From Candidatus Marinacidobacterales bacterium (lineage in GTDB: Bacteria > Acidobacteriota > Vicinamibacteria > Marinacidobacterales > SMYC01): a stretch of 64,000 bases of DNA. Each line of letters starts with the position of its first letter. The stretch's first letter is position 1. The position numbers and the translations under genes were made by a program. Below are positions 9,591-19,077 of the stretch, piece by piece. The notes under the pieces were generated by a model. That model searched no databases. It was not told the origin of the DNA and saw only the letters and a list, made by a program, of their open reading frames with translations. The stretch is taken from positions 7,680,001 to 7,744,000 of the forward strand of contig OZ250169.1 in NCBI GenBank assembly GCA_965237955.1, in the 5' to 3' direction.

Positions 9591-11054
9591 ATGGTTTTCC
9601 GCAAGAAGCGCAAGGATCCGTTCAAGGAGATCCAGGCGTGCCTCCAAAAGCGCGACTACAAAGGCGCTTTGGATTGGTTCAACACGTTGCTGCAGAAAGA
9701 TCCCAAGAATACGCAGATTCGGCTCCGCTTCGCGGATACGCTGGTGCTCGCGGGAAGCAAGAAAGAAGCCGTGAAACAGTTGCGGACCGTTGCCGACGAG
9801 CTCGCCGACAAGGGCTTCATGATCCGCGCGATTGCGATCAACAAGAAGATCCTCCAGATCGATCCGCGGCAAATCGACGTGCACGAGAAGCTCGCGGAAA
9901 TGAAAGAGGAGCGCTCGACGGCGACATCAGGCCCCTCTTTGGCGGAAGCGTTGACGCAACCGGGTGCGCCGATCCGGCGTGCCAGTGAAGAGGCGCCCGC
10001 ACCCGCACAAGCTTCACCGCCCAAGGTTTCACCGCCCGAGGCGCCACCGCCCAAAGCAGAAGAACTGCCGCAAACGCTTCCGGATCTCGAAGAGAGCATG
10101 GCCATGGAGTTCGGCGAGACGGGCGAGCTACCGGCGCACGCAACCGAAGCTCTAGAACCCGAACAGCCGGCGACGTCGGGTGGGTTCGAGCTCACGGAGC
10201 AAGCCGAGCCGCCCGCTGCTGAAGTTGCCCCCGTTCCTGAAGCTCCGCTCGATGAAGAGCCGAGCTTCACCGAAGAGCCCATCGAGCTCGACGCGAGATC
10301 CGAGCCCGACGAGCCCGAGCTCGTTACCGTCGACGCGGACACGGAAGAGCCGGCCGTCGAGCTGTCCTTGGATGGTATCGAAGAGCCGCCCTCGTCGCCA
10401 GAGATCGTTCTCGAAGTCGACCAGTCCGAAGAAGTCCCTATTGAGCCTATTGAGGAAGTGGTGCCGGAAGTCGTCGTGGCCGGTGAAGAGATGGAAGTCA
10501 TCGAGCTCGAAGTGGAGAGCGAACCGGAGATGGCAGCCGAGGGAAGCGACCCACTCGTTGGTGTTCTCGGCGAAGACATCGACTCTTTGATCGATTCGAT
10601 CATCGACGACGTTGGAAGCTCTGCCAAGGGCGAGCAGCCCATGGAAGACGAGTCGCCGACCCACATCCCTCTATTCTCGGATCTCACCACCCCCGAGTTC
10701 ATCGATGTGGCGCTCCTTTTGGTGCGCCGCGTTCTGAAGGTGGGCGAGCAAGTGGTGCGCGAGGGCGATCCGGGCGATTCGTTGTTCATCATTAGTACGG
10801 GAGAGGTGCGAGCCACCGTCGAGCGCGACGGCCGTCAAGTCCCGGTTGCGACGCTACGCGATGGTGACTTTTTCGGTGAGATGGCGGTGCTCTCGGGAGA
10901 GCCTCGCACTGCGACCGTCACCGCGGTCAAGAATACGGAAGTCCTCGAGCTGAGCCGTGAGAACCTCCGCGAGATCTGCAGCCGCCACCCACACGTCGAA
11001 GCCAAAATCCGCCTCTCCTACGACGAACGCATTGCGAGTGACCACGACCGCTAG
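9591..11054 (+). CDS. TPR, acidic linker and cyclic-nucleotide-binding domain protein
   Basis: N-terminal TPR-like helices, a very long Glu/Pro-rich linker, and a C-terminal cNMP domain (VVREGDPGDSLFII...GDFFGEMAVLSGEPRTATV). Confidence 0.85.
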   Translation: MVFRKKRKDPFKEIQACLQKRDYKGALDWFNTLLQKDPKNTQIRLRFADTLVLAGSKKEAVKQLRTVADELADKGFMIRAIAINKKILQIDPRQIDVHEKLAEMKEERSTATSGPSLAEALTQPGAPIRRASEEAPAPAQASPPKVSPPEAPPPKAEELPQTLPDLEESMAMEFGETGELPAHATEALEPEQPATSGGFELTEQAEPPAAEVAPVPEAPLDEEPSFTEEPIELDARSEPDEPELVTVDADTEEPAVELSLDGIEEPPSSPEIVLEVDQSEEVPIEPIEEVVPEVVVAGEEMEVIELEVESEPEMAAEGSDPLVGVLGEDIDSLIDSIIDDVGSSAKGEQPMEDESPTHIPLFSDLTTPEFIDVALLLVRRVLKVGEQVVREGDPGDSLFIISTGEVRATVERDGRQVPVATLRDGDFFGEMAVLSGEPRTATVTAVKNTEVLELSRENLREICSRHPHVEAKIRLSYDERIASDHDR

Positions 11055-11119
11055 AGACAGCTCGTCCCGTTCGTGGCACAATAGATCGATACACCACCGC
11101 TCCAAAACCGAAGTTACCC

Positions 11120-11911
11120 ATGATCGTCAGTGGCGAGCTCGAGAACGTCCCTGTGTTGTACGTACTCCAAGTCCTGGCCTTTTCGAGCCAGAGCGGCGCG
11201 CTCTTCGTCGAATCCGTTGACACGACGGGCACCGTCCTTTTCGACCAAGGTGGGATCGTATGTGGGGAGTCCCCGGCGACGCGGCTTCTCCTTGAACGTG
11301 CTGCCCGGGAGGTCGATCCGCAAAACCGCCGAGCTTTCCGGCGGGTGCAAGCGCTGGCTTGCCTTACCGAGCTGATGTCGCTCCGGAGTGGAGTCTTCCG
11401 GTTCGAAAAACACGCCGAGCCCATGGCCGAGCTCGCCGGCGTCGATATGAGGTCGTTCTACGCATCGGGAACGATGTCCACCGCCGATCTCCTGCTCGTC
11501 CTGGCGACGGCGGTGGACAAGAAAGACAGCGTACCCGTGTCGACGCCGCAGGAGCGTAGCCAGGCAAGATCGCACCTGCGCTATTCGCCGACGCTCATCG
11601 AGGCCGAGCTTCGTCTCGGCACGTCGAAACTCTCCGGCTATCTCACGAACATGAGCGCCGGTGGCGCGTTCTTTCAAGGCGATGCACTCCCGGAAAAAGA
11701 AACCGTACCGGAGATTAGCTTCGAGCTCCCGGGTGGCATCGGTGCGATCGCGACCAAAGAGCGCGTGGTGTGGCTGCGCTCGGAGGCAACCGACGGTGAA
11801 CGCGGCGTCGGGCTCGCGTTCGAAGGGACATCGGCGGCGGACAAGAAAAAGCTTCACGCTTACCTCGAACGCTTCGAACGGCTCGCCGCCGATATGGACC
11901 TCGCCGGCTAG
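11120..11911 (+). CDS. DUF4388 plus PilZ domain protein (candidate c-di-GMP receptor)
   Basis: DUF4388 start (SGELENVPVLYVLQVLAFSSQSGAL...GVFRF). PilZ RxxxR (RSHLR) and NxSxxG (NMSAGG) motifs, plus GVGLAF. Confidence 0.8.
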   Translation: MIVSGELENVPVLYVLQVLAFSSQSGALFVESVDTTGTVLFDQGGIVCGESPATRLLLERAAREVDPQNRRAFRRVQALACLTELMSLRSGVFRFEKHAEPMAELAGVDMRSFYASGTMSTADLLLVLATAVDKKDSVPVSTPQERSQARSHLRYSPTLIEAELRLGTSKLSGYLTNMSAGGAFFQGDALPEKETVPEISFELPGGIGAIATKERVVWLRSEATDGERGVGLAFEGTSAADKKKLHAYLERFERLAADMDLAG

Positions 11912-12031
11912 CGCGGATCCCCGTAGACTTCGTGCATGGGATCTTCCCAGTACCGGACGTAAGCAAGATATACCTCGAATGTCATGGCGGAAGGATAGCG
12001 CGATCGGGACTTCGTTGATAGATTGCTCACG

Positions 12032-13330
12032 ATGGCACTCGAGGACAAACGGTTTCGTCTATCCGGTGGGGCGCTTCAAAAGCTCGTCAGCGATGCGCGG
12101 GAGCGCACGTTGGCGCTCGTCAGCGACTTGGAGGACGACCGGCTCGAAGTTCCGCCCATGGCCGGGGTCAACCCGCCCCGGTGGGAGCTCGGCCACGTGG
12201 CGTTCTTCTACGAAGTGTTCTTTCTCCGTCTCCTTGGTCGCGAAGGGTCCATACTGCCGCGTGCGGACGAGATGTTCGATTCCTTCCATGTCGAGCACGG
12301 GACGCGTTGGTCGTTGCCGCTACCGGATCGCAAGGGAACGCTCGCCTACATGGAAAACGTGCTCGAAGAAGTGGTGGCGCGTCTCGATGACGGGGAGGCG
12401 AGCGCGAGCGAGACGTATCTAGCGCTTCTGTGCACTCTTCACGAGGACATGCACGGCGAAGCGTTCACCTACACGAGACAAACGCTCGAGTACCCGCCGC
12501 CGCGGTTGGAAACATCGACGGAGCGTCTCGATGCCGGCCCGCTCGACGGCGACGTCGAGATACCCGGCGCTCGGTTCATGCTAGGTGCGAGCGAGGACGT
12601 TCCGTTCGTGTTCGACAACGAGAAGTGGGCGCACGCGGTCGACGTCGAACCCTTTCGCATCGCCCGCGCAGCGGTGACGAACGAGGCGTTCGCCGCCTTC
12701 GTCGATGACGGTGGGTATCGCCGTCGCGAGTGGTGGAGCAACGAGGGCTGGATCGCGCGCGCGGATTCCGGTCGCGAGCATCCGACATATTGGGTGCGCG
12801 GCGCAAACGGGTGGCTCGTTCGTGATTTCGATCGCGTCGTGCCCCTCGCACCGCACGCGCCCGTGATCCACGTGAGCTGGTACGAGGCCGAAGCCTACTG
12901 CAACTGGGCCGGTCGTCGTCTACCCACCGAAGCGGAGTGGGAGATGGCCGCGAGCGCCGAGCCCGACTCGGATCACAAGCGCCGTTACCCGTGGGGCGAC
13001 GCCGAGCCGACGCCGGGCCGCGCAAACCTCGACTCCCGCCGCCTGGGCTCCGTCGACGTTGCGGCGTTTCCGGATGGAGACAGCGCCTTCGGATGCCGCC
13101 AGATGTTGGGAAACGTTTGGGAGTGGACCGCCTCGGCGTTTTATCCGTTTCCCGGTTACATCGTGGATTATCCCTATCGTGAGTACTCAGCACCGTGGTT
13201 CGGGTACCAGAAGGTCCTCAAGGGCGGCGCGTGGGCGACCCGCTCGCGTCTCGCCAACAATACTTATAGGAACTTCTTCCTGCCGCACCGAGCCGACGTG
13301 CTGGCAGGCGTCCGCACCTGCGCGAAGTAA
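12032..13330 (+). CDS. senA: SenA-like (selenoneine synthase / EgtB-related) DinB plus FGE-sulfatase non-heme iron enzyme
   Basis: NPPRWELGHVAFF and HEDMHGEA iron ligands differ from canonical EgtB (KWHLAHT and HEQQHQE). Also FDNEKWAH, RLPTEAEWE, GNVWEW and YREYSAPWF. Confidence 0.6.
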   Translation: MALEDKRFRLSGGALQKLVSDARERTLALVSDLEDDRLEVPPMAGVNPPRWELGHVAFFYEVFFLRLLGREGSILPRADEMFDSFHVEHGTRWSLPLPDRKGTLAYMENVLEEVVARLDDGEASASETYLALLCTLHEDMHGEAFTYTRQTLEYPPPRLETSTERLDAGPLDGDVEIPGARFMLGASEDVPFVFDNEKWAHAVDVEPFRIARAAVTNEAFAAFVDDGGYRRREWWSNEGWIARADSGREHPTYWVRGANGWLVRDFDRVVPLAPHAPVIHVSWYEAEAYCNWAGRRLPTEAEWEMAASAEPDSDHKRRYPWGDAEPTPGRANLDSRRLGSVDVAAFPDGDSAFGCRQMLGNVWEWTASAFYPFPGYIVDYPYREYSAPWFGYQKVLKGGAWATRSRLANNTYRNFFLPHRADVLAGVRTCAK

Positions 13331-13429
13331 GTCAGTTCTCTTCGAGCAACGCAGTCCAGTTGAGAAACTCCACTTCACCGTTGCTCTCACGAGTGCGCCA
13401 GCGTCGCGCACGATCGCTAGCACCGATGC

Positions 13430-15034
13430 CTACGGCGTCGTCGCGCCCTCCTCTTCCGGCGGTGGCTTTTCCGGCATGTCTTCGGGTGCAAACCGCGGCA
13501 GGAGCTCGTCGCGCATCGCGAGGTAGTAGACGGCGGAGGCGATGACGGTCGCGGACTTCATCGCGTCGCCCACCACCACGCGCTCGTACGCATCCAGATT
13601 CGAGTGCCACGAGTGTGTGCCGTAGTCGATCGGATCTTGTCCCATCCTGATGCCGGGTAGTCCAGCTTCGTTGAACGACGAGTAATCGGAGCCACCCCGC
13701 CGGCGGCTCTTCGTTGTTGTCGCGCCGAGCACGCCGAGATCTTCGAACGGTGTGAGCGCCACCCGCATGACCTCTGCGGCTTCGGAGGGACCGAAGACGG
13801 TCGCGCCGCGAGCGCGGCCGGGTCCCGCGTCGATGTTGAAGTAGCCGCCGAACTTGGCGTGCTCCGGCTTCGGATCCTCCGCGGTACCGAAGTGCTCTTC
13901 GACGTACGACTTCGAGCCGAGAACACCCTGCTCCTCACCGCTCCAAAGCGCCACGCGGATCGTGCGTCGCGGCTCGACGCCGATGGCGGCGAGAATGCGC
14001 GCTGCCTCCATCATCACCGAGCAGCCGATGGCGTTATCGGTCGCGCCCGTCCACGAGTGCCAGGAATCCAGGTGCCCGCCGAGCATGATGACTTCGTCGG
14101 CTTTGGCCTTGTCAGTGCCCGGTATCTCCGCGATCACGTTGTATGCGGTCTCGCCTTCCGGATAGAAGTGGTTCACGATCTCTAGCTCGAGCTCGATGGG
14201 GCCGTCTGCCAGTAGGCGCGAGATGCGACCGTAGTCTTCGTTTCTCAAGACTAGAGTCGGCGGCGACTTCTCCGGGTCGTAGGTGTGATTCCAGGACGCG
14301 CGGATCTGCCCGTGCGCTCTGGCCGCATCGTTCACCTGCACGAGCGCACCGTTTTCCACGAGAAACAGGGCGACGGCTTTGTCGACCGCTCTGCGATCGA
14401 GCTTCCCGTCGTCGCGAGGTCCACGACGGCCGCGGCGGAAGAGTCGCAGACGGAAGAGGTCGCTCGGTATCGGCTCGACGGGATCGTATTGCGACAGAAC
14501 CTGCGCGTCGTCGCGTCGCATCGTCGGTGGATCGAATGCCACGGGCACGGTTTCGTGCTCGCCGACGAAAACGATCTTGTCTTTTACTTTGTCGGCAACG
14601 GTCGACAAATAGATATCGAGCTCGTCTCGAGTCGGAAGCCGCGGTCGATCGATTTGAACGACTTCGGCGCGGACGACGCCGTCCGTGCCCGGGGTCCATG
14701 CGAGGACCTCCGCGGTAAGAACGTCTTTCACCGGTGAGACGATGTAGGCAGTCAACCGTTCGTTGGCCCAACCGGGATGCCCGAAATCCCACGGCTCGAG
14801 GTGCGCATTCTCGAGCCCCCACTCTGTCATTTGCTCGACCGCCCAGTGGCTTGCCGCTTCGAGATTGGGCGAGCCGGTGAGCCGAGGACCGTAGCGGTCC
14901 GTAAGCATGTGGAGCGTGGACAGAATCTGCGAGTTTTCTTTGGCCTCGCGTCGAATCTTCCACTCGACGTCGGTTTGAGCCGTCAGTGGCGCCGCGAGGG
15001 CGAGACCGGTAAGGAATGCGAACAAGCGCGCCAT
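13430..15034 (-). CDS. Secreted M28-family metallopeptidase (carboxypeptidase Q-like)
   Basis: Signal peptide, [33 protein letters not shown] and GGSD motifs. Confidence 0.9.
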   Translation of the reverse strand: MARLFAFLTGLALAAPLTAQTDVEWKIRREAKENSQILSTLHMLTDRYGPRLTGSPNLEAASHWAVEQMTEWGLENAHLEPWDFGHPGWANERLTAYIVSPVKDVLTAEVLAWTPGTDGVVRAEVVQIDRPRLPTRDELDIYLSTVADKVKDKIVFVGEHETVPVAFDPPTMRRDDAQVLSQYDPVEPIPSDLFRLRLFRRGRRGPRDDGKLDRRAVDKAVALFLVENGALVQVNDAARAHGQIRASWNHTYDPEKSPPTLVLRNEDYGRISRLLADGPIELELEIVNHFYPEGETAYNVIAEIPGTDKAKADEVIMLGGHLDSWHSWTGATDNAIGCSVMMEAARILAAIGVEPRRTIRVALWSGEEQGVLGSKSYVEEHFGTAEDPKPEHAKFGGYFNIDAGPGRARGATVFGPSEAAEVMRVALTPFEDLGVLGATTTKSRRRGGSDYSSFNEAGLPGIRMGQDPIDYGTHSWHSNLDAYERVVVGDAMKSATVIASAVYYLAMRDELLPRFAPEDMPEKPPPEEEGATTP

Positions 15035-15076
15035 GAATCGATTTACCTCCGAGCGGGATTATATGATGATTCTTTT

Positions 15077-15102
15077 GATCCGCCATCGGCCATCGGCCAT
15101 CC
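15077..15102. repeat. Heptamer repeat copy GATCC(GCCATCG)n
   Basis: GATCCGCCATCGGCCATCGGCCATC matches the reverse complement of 17755-17779 with one mismatch. Confidence 0.6.
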
Positions 15103-15169
15103 GCCGCTGAACGCCCCGCCTCCGAGCCCGGCGGCCTCCGACTCGCAACGCCGTCGCTACTCTCGAGCA

Positions 15170-15344
15170 ATGACTCTCTAGTGACGTTGACCTCCTTCCA
15201 TCGCGGACGACGACGACGGCGTTCATGAGCACGAGATGAGGTTGGGGGATGACCCCACTCGCATCAGGCTCGGCAAGCTCCCCCTGCGCAAAGACGAGGC
15301 TCGGTACGAGGACGAGAAAAAATCGCGCTAGCGCGTAGTCTCAT
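15170..15344 (-). pseudogene. Possible N-terminal remnant of a secreted protein (amidohydrolase-like start)
   Basis: An ATG overlapping the pqqD stop is out of frame with the signal-peptide-like LARFFLVLVPSLVFAQ...LVLMNAVVVVRDGR, which then degenerates. Confidence 0.3.
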
Positions 15345-15688
15345 GGCTTCTCTCCTTTGGATTGGAGCTCCGGGAAAGTGACGAGCTCCTCCCTTTGCAG
15401 GAAGCGAACGAACTGCCCGAGGCGCTCCTCGGCCGGCTCGACCGAGTCGCCGTACTCTGTCCGCAGTGCCTCGGCGATGTCGCCCGCGGTTTGCCGCCCG
15501 TCCATATGACGCCAGCAGAAGCTTCCGGCTTCATCGAGTCGCAGGCGGCGTACGGCAAGGAGATAGATCAACCAGTCGATGGGCCTGCGCAGACCCCGGG
15601 TCACGGGCCGCGGACGGATGACGATGACGCGGCCGTCTTTCTCCTCCGCTTCGGCCACGGCGACGGGCGTGAGATCGAGAAGGTTCAC
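15341..15688 (-). CDS. PqqD-family (RRE-like) peptide-binding protein
   Basis: LRLDEAGSFCWRHMDGRQTAGDIAEAL...ERLGQFVRFLQREELV, the three-strand plus three-helix wHTH pattern. Confidence 0.8.
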   Translation of the reverse strand: MNLLDLTPVAVAEAEEKDGRVIVIRPRPVTRGLRRPIDWLIYLLAVRRLRLDEAGSFCWRHMDGRQTAGDIAEALRTEYGDSVEPAEERLGQFVRFLQREELVTFPELQSKGEKP

Positions 15689-15709
15689 GCACCTTCCCCC
15701 GGAAATCGA

Positions 15710-17677
15710 CTAATCCGTTTTCGTGCTCGGGAGTCCACCTTTACCCATCTTCTGGAACGGAAGCGCTACGAGCAGATAGAGCATGGCCGGATAGATGAGA
15801 AGACCCGGCCAGTAGCTCGAGCTCACCCCCCCCATGCTCTCCTGGAGCCACGCGAGCGCCGGTAAGCGGTCGGCGCCCAGGACGAGAAACGCGAGCGCTA
15901 CCGCCATCAAGGATTCCCCCGCGATGAATCCTGAAGACATCAACGTTCCCGTGTTCTCGGCGCGCACGCGCTCGTCGGCGCCGGCCTTTTGCCGGTTCAG
16001 AAGCCAATCTAAGAGCGCCTTGATCAAGCCGCCTACGAAGATAGCCGAAGTGGATTCGAACGGGAGATACATCCCGACCGCGATCAACATCGGCGACGGC
16101 GCCTTGATGAGGATCAGACCGATCGCGAGGAACATCCCCACGATCACCAGAGGCCACGCCATGTCGCCACCCACGATGCCGTTGGCCATCAGCGCCATCA
16201 GGCCCGCCTGGGGCGCGGGAAGCTCGGCCGATCCGATCGTGTACACCTCATGAAGCGCCATCAGGGGAAATGCGAGCACGAACGCGGCGAACAGCACGCC
16301 GATGATCTCGCCGACTTCCATCTTCCACGGAGTGCCCCCGAGGAGGTGGCCGACTTTGAGATCCTGCATCATGTCGCCGGCGATCCCAGCGGCGCAGCAC
16401 ACGACGCCGGCAACACCGAGGACGGCGGCGACCCCGTGGACGTCGGTCAGCCCGACCGCCACCATGAGCAGCGCGGAGATCAGAAGTGCGCTCAGCGTCA
16501 GTCCTGAAATCGGGTTGTTGGAGCTTCCGATGAGCCCGACGAGATACCCGGCCACGGCCGCGAACAGAAAGCCAAGGACTACCATCACGGCGGTGAGCAG
16601 CAGCGCGCCGGTGAAGGCCTGGGCGAAGTAGTAATAAAGAGCAAACGTGCCGATGGCCGCGACGCCGACGCCGAGCGCGGTTTTCTTGAAGTCGATGTCC
16701 ACTTCGGTGCGGTCGGCGTCCCTGCCACCTTGGGCGCCAATGTTCTTCACGGCTTTGCTGATGCCGGTGATGAGAGACGTGCGCAGGTTGTAGAGGGTGT
16801 AGAACGCCGCCACGATCATGGTGCCGACGGCGAGAGGGCGGATCTGACGCAACCATATTTGAGTCGCCAAGTCCGAGCTTTGTTGGTCGGCCCACCCAGG
16901 ATTGAGAAACAGTGCCAAGGGAACGAAGACGAGCCAGCCCATGAGCGCGCCCGCGAACAGGATTGCCGAGACGCGGAAGCCGACGATGAAGCCGACGCCC
17001 ATGAGCGCGGGCGACGCCGCCGGTGTGGCTAGATGTAGCCCGCCGGTGTATGCGATTTGTTCCTGCCCGATCTGGATCGTCGAGCGGCCGAACGCCAAGA
17101 AACGGTGCGCGCTATCGGCGATGAAATGGATCCCGTTCGAGTTCTTGAAGAGCTCCCAAAGACCGGCGAGCCCCATCGCGCCGAACACGAACGCCGCGCC
17201 GGTTTGTCCGCCCTGGCCCGCTTTGACGATCTCTGCGGCGGCGACGCTCTCGGGGAAAGGAAGGTCGGCTTCGACGACGAGGGTTCGCCTCAAAATAATA
17301 ATGAAGAGAACGCCGAGGATGCCGCCGATCAGCATGATCGCCGTGCTCTCCCAGTACCGGATCTCCTCCCACGCCCCCGCGATCACGAAGGCGGGGATGG
17401 TGAAGATCGCTCCGGCAACGAGCGCTTCACCGACCGAGGCGGTGGTGCGGGCGATGTTTTCTTCCAGAATCGAGCCGCGCAGCGGACGCAGTGCCGCCAT
17501 CGCGACGACGGCGGCGGGGAACGTCGCGGCGACGGTGAGACCCGCCTTCATTCCGAGATAAGCGTTCGCCGCGCCGAGAACGACCGCCATGATGACGCCT
17601 AGGAACACCGCTTTGAAGGTGAGCTCCGGCATAGTCGACGAAACGGGTACGTAGGGAACGTTCGGCTTTTTATCCAT
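15710..17677 (-). CDS. OPT-family oligopeptide transporter
   Basis: ELTFKAV...NAYLGMKAG, LPFPE, GSSNNPISG, MQDLKVGHLLGGTPWK and LPAPQA motifs, with many transmembrane segments. Confidence 0.95.
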   Translation of the reverse strand: MDKKPNVPYVPVSSTMPELTFKAVFLGVIMAVVLGAANAYLGMKAGLTVAATFPAAVVAMAALRPLRGSILEENIARTTASVGEALVAGAIFTIPAFVIAGAWEEIRYWESTAIMLIGGILGVLFIIILRRTLVVEADLPFPESVAAAEIVKAGQGGQTGAAFVFGAMGLAGLWELFKNSNGIHFIADSAHRFLAFGRSTIQIGQEQIAYTGGLHLATPAASPALMGVGFIVGFRVSAILFAGALMGWLVFVPLALFLNPGWADQQSSDLATQIWLRQIRPLAVGTMIVAAFYTLYNLRTSLITGISKAVKNIGAQGGRDADRTEVDIDFKKTALGVGVAAIGTFALYYYFAQAFTGALLLTAVMVVLGFLFAAVAGYLVGLIGSSNNPISGLTLSALLISALLMVAVGLTDVHGVAAVLGVAGVVCCAAGIAGDMMQDLKVGHLLGGTPWKMEVGEIIGVLFAAFVLAFPLMALHEVYTIGSAELPAPQAGLMALMANGIVGGDMAWPLVIVGMFLAIGLILIKAPSPMLIAVGMYLPFESTSAIFVGGLIKALLDWLLNRQKAGADERVRAENTGTLMSSGFIAGESLMAVALAFLVLGADRLPALAWLQESMGGVSSSYWPGLLIYPAMLYLLVALPFQKMGKGGLPSTKTD

Positions 17678-17722
17678 GCACGCCTCCGAATGGCCGGCAA
17701 TATATCAGCTACGGGTCGCCAA

Positions 17723-17760
17723 CAAAAGAAAAGCCACCAGCAGCTCGCGCTGCTGATGGC
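17723..17760 (-). terminator. Intrinsic terminator after the DUF1501 gene, formed from a heptamer-repeat element
   Basis: The minus strand reads GCCATCAGCAGC-GCGA-GCTGCTGGTGGC followed by TTTTCTTTT. Confidence 0.75.
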
Positions 17761-17778
17761 TGATGGCCGATGGCGGAT

Positions 17779-19062
17779 CTAGCTAACGTAGCCTACCGGC
17801 GACACGCTGTGGCCCGGCAAGATCGTTGACAGATCCGAAACGCCCAGGTGATCGATCAACGCCTCGCCCATCACGTCGCGGAAATCCACACTGTGGTTCA
17901 AGTAACGACCGCGCACGGACTGGAGCCCCTCGATCTTGCCGGGGTACGAATCTTCGGCGTTGCCACCCATGTGCGGGTAAATCTGCCCGCCGTTGACCGG
18001 CCCGCCCATCGCGAACCACGTCGTCGCGTGCGCGTGATCGGTGCCCCGACTCCCGTTCTCGATGGATGTCCTGCCGAACTCGGTCATCGTCAGCACCATG
18101 ACACGATCCCTGATGGCATCGATGTCCGTTTGGAACGCCCGGAGCGTATCGGCGAAGCCGGTCAGGCGTGATGCCATACGACCCACCACTGTTCCTTCAT
18201 CCGAGTGAGTGTCCAAACCTCCGATTCCGAGGGAGACCACCTCCAGGCCCACGTCGGCTTTGATGAGCTGCGCCGTTTGTCTCATCTGACGGCCGAATGT
18301 GGACCCGGAATAGGTGGCTCCGGGGGCCGGGGTGTAGGGCGCGGTGATGATGGGCGACAACGTGCTCACATCGTTCACCATGACCCGGCCGGTCTCGATC
18401 ACGAGCTCTCGGGTGAGGCGGGTGGGATCAGCGCCCTGACCATAGGCCGCCGTGAGATCCGCGAGGAGATCCGCCTCTTCCGCGGGAGAGAGGTTGAGAG
18501 AAAAGTTCCCGATGTCGTTGAACGACGACACGACCACGTTGCCCTTCAACGCGTGCGGAAGACCCGACCCAAAACCCGCGGCGCGCAACTGCGCCGCCCG
18601 TGGGTTCTCGTCGAGGTATCGGTTGAGCCAGCCATCGGTGTCATCCGAGTCCTCGCCGCTCTCGATATTCCGCTGTCCCGAGAAGTGGGATCGTGTCGCG
18701 TTCGGGTAGTGGCACGCGGGGAAGACCGCGAGGTTCCCTTCGTCGTAGACGCTCTTGATGGGCCCGAGAGCCGGGTGCAGCCCGAAGAAGCCATCGAGGT
18801 CGATGGCGCTCGTCGGGTCTGTCGTGTCCGGCCTCGGAATCGCGATGTTGGGACGGATGTCATAGTACTCCTGGAGCCCGTGGGGCACGCACTCGTTGAG
18901 CCCGTCCGCCCCACCGCGTTGAAAGACGATGACGAGGGTGTTCACTCCCGCCTGCGCATGGGCGAAGCGCATGCGCGGACGGAAAGGGTCGCCGTAAAAC
19001 GTGGCGGCAAACGTTCCCGCGCCGGCCGCCATGAGGTTTCTCATGAACTCTCTGCGTTTCAT
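17779..19062 (-). CDS. DUF1501-family protein with a Tat signal
   Basis: MKRREF Tat motif, FQRGGADGLN, FGLHP, RSHF, GGLDTH, MTEFGRT and NGSRGTDH. Confidence 0.9.
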   Translation of the reverse strand: MKRREFMRNLMAAGAGTFAATFYGDPFRPRMRFAHAQAGVNTLVIVFQRGGADGLNECVPHGLQEYYDIRPNIAIPRPDTTDPTSAIDLDGFFGLHPALGPIKSVYDEGNLAVFPACHYPNATRSHFSGQRNIESGEDSDDTDGWLNRYLDENPRAAQLRAAGFGSGLPHALKGNVVVSSFNDIGNFSLNLSPAEEADLLADLTAAYGQGADPTRLTRELVIETGRVMVNDVSTLSPIITAPYTPAPGATYSGSTFGRQMRQTAQLIKADVGLEVVSLGIGGLDTHSDEGTVVGRMASRLTGFADTLRAFQTDIDAIRDRVMVLTMTEFGRTSIENGSRGTDHAHATTWFAMGGPVNGGQIYPHMGGNAEDSYPGKIEGLQSVRGRYLNHSVDFRDVMGEALIDHLGVSDLSTILPGHSVSPVGYVS

Positions 19063-19077
19063 GTCTTTTCTCCCAAA

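Noticed and set aside
15341-15688. PQQ or RiPP biosynthetic cluster
   Set aside because: No pqqA/B/C/E, modifying enzymes or precursor peptide occur nearby.
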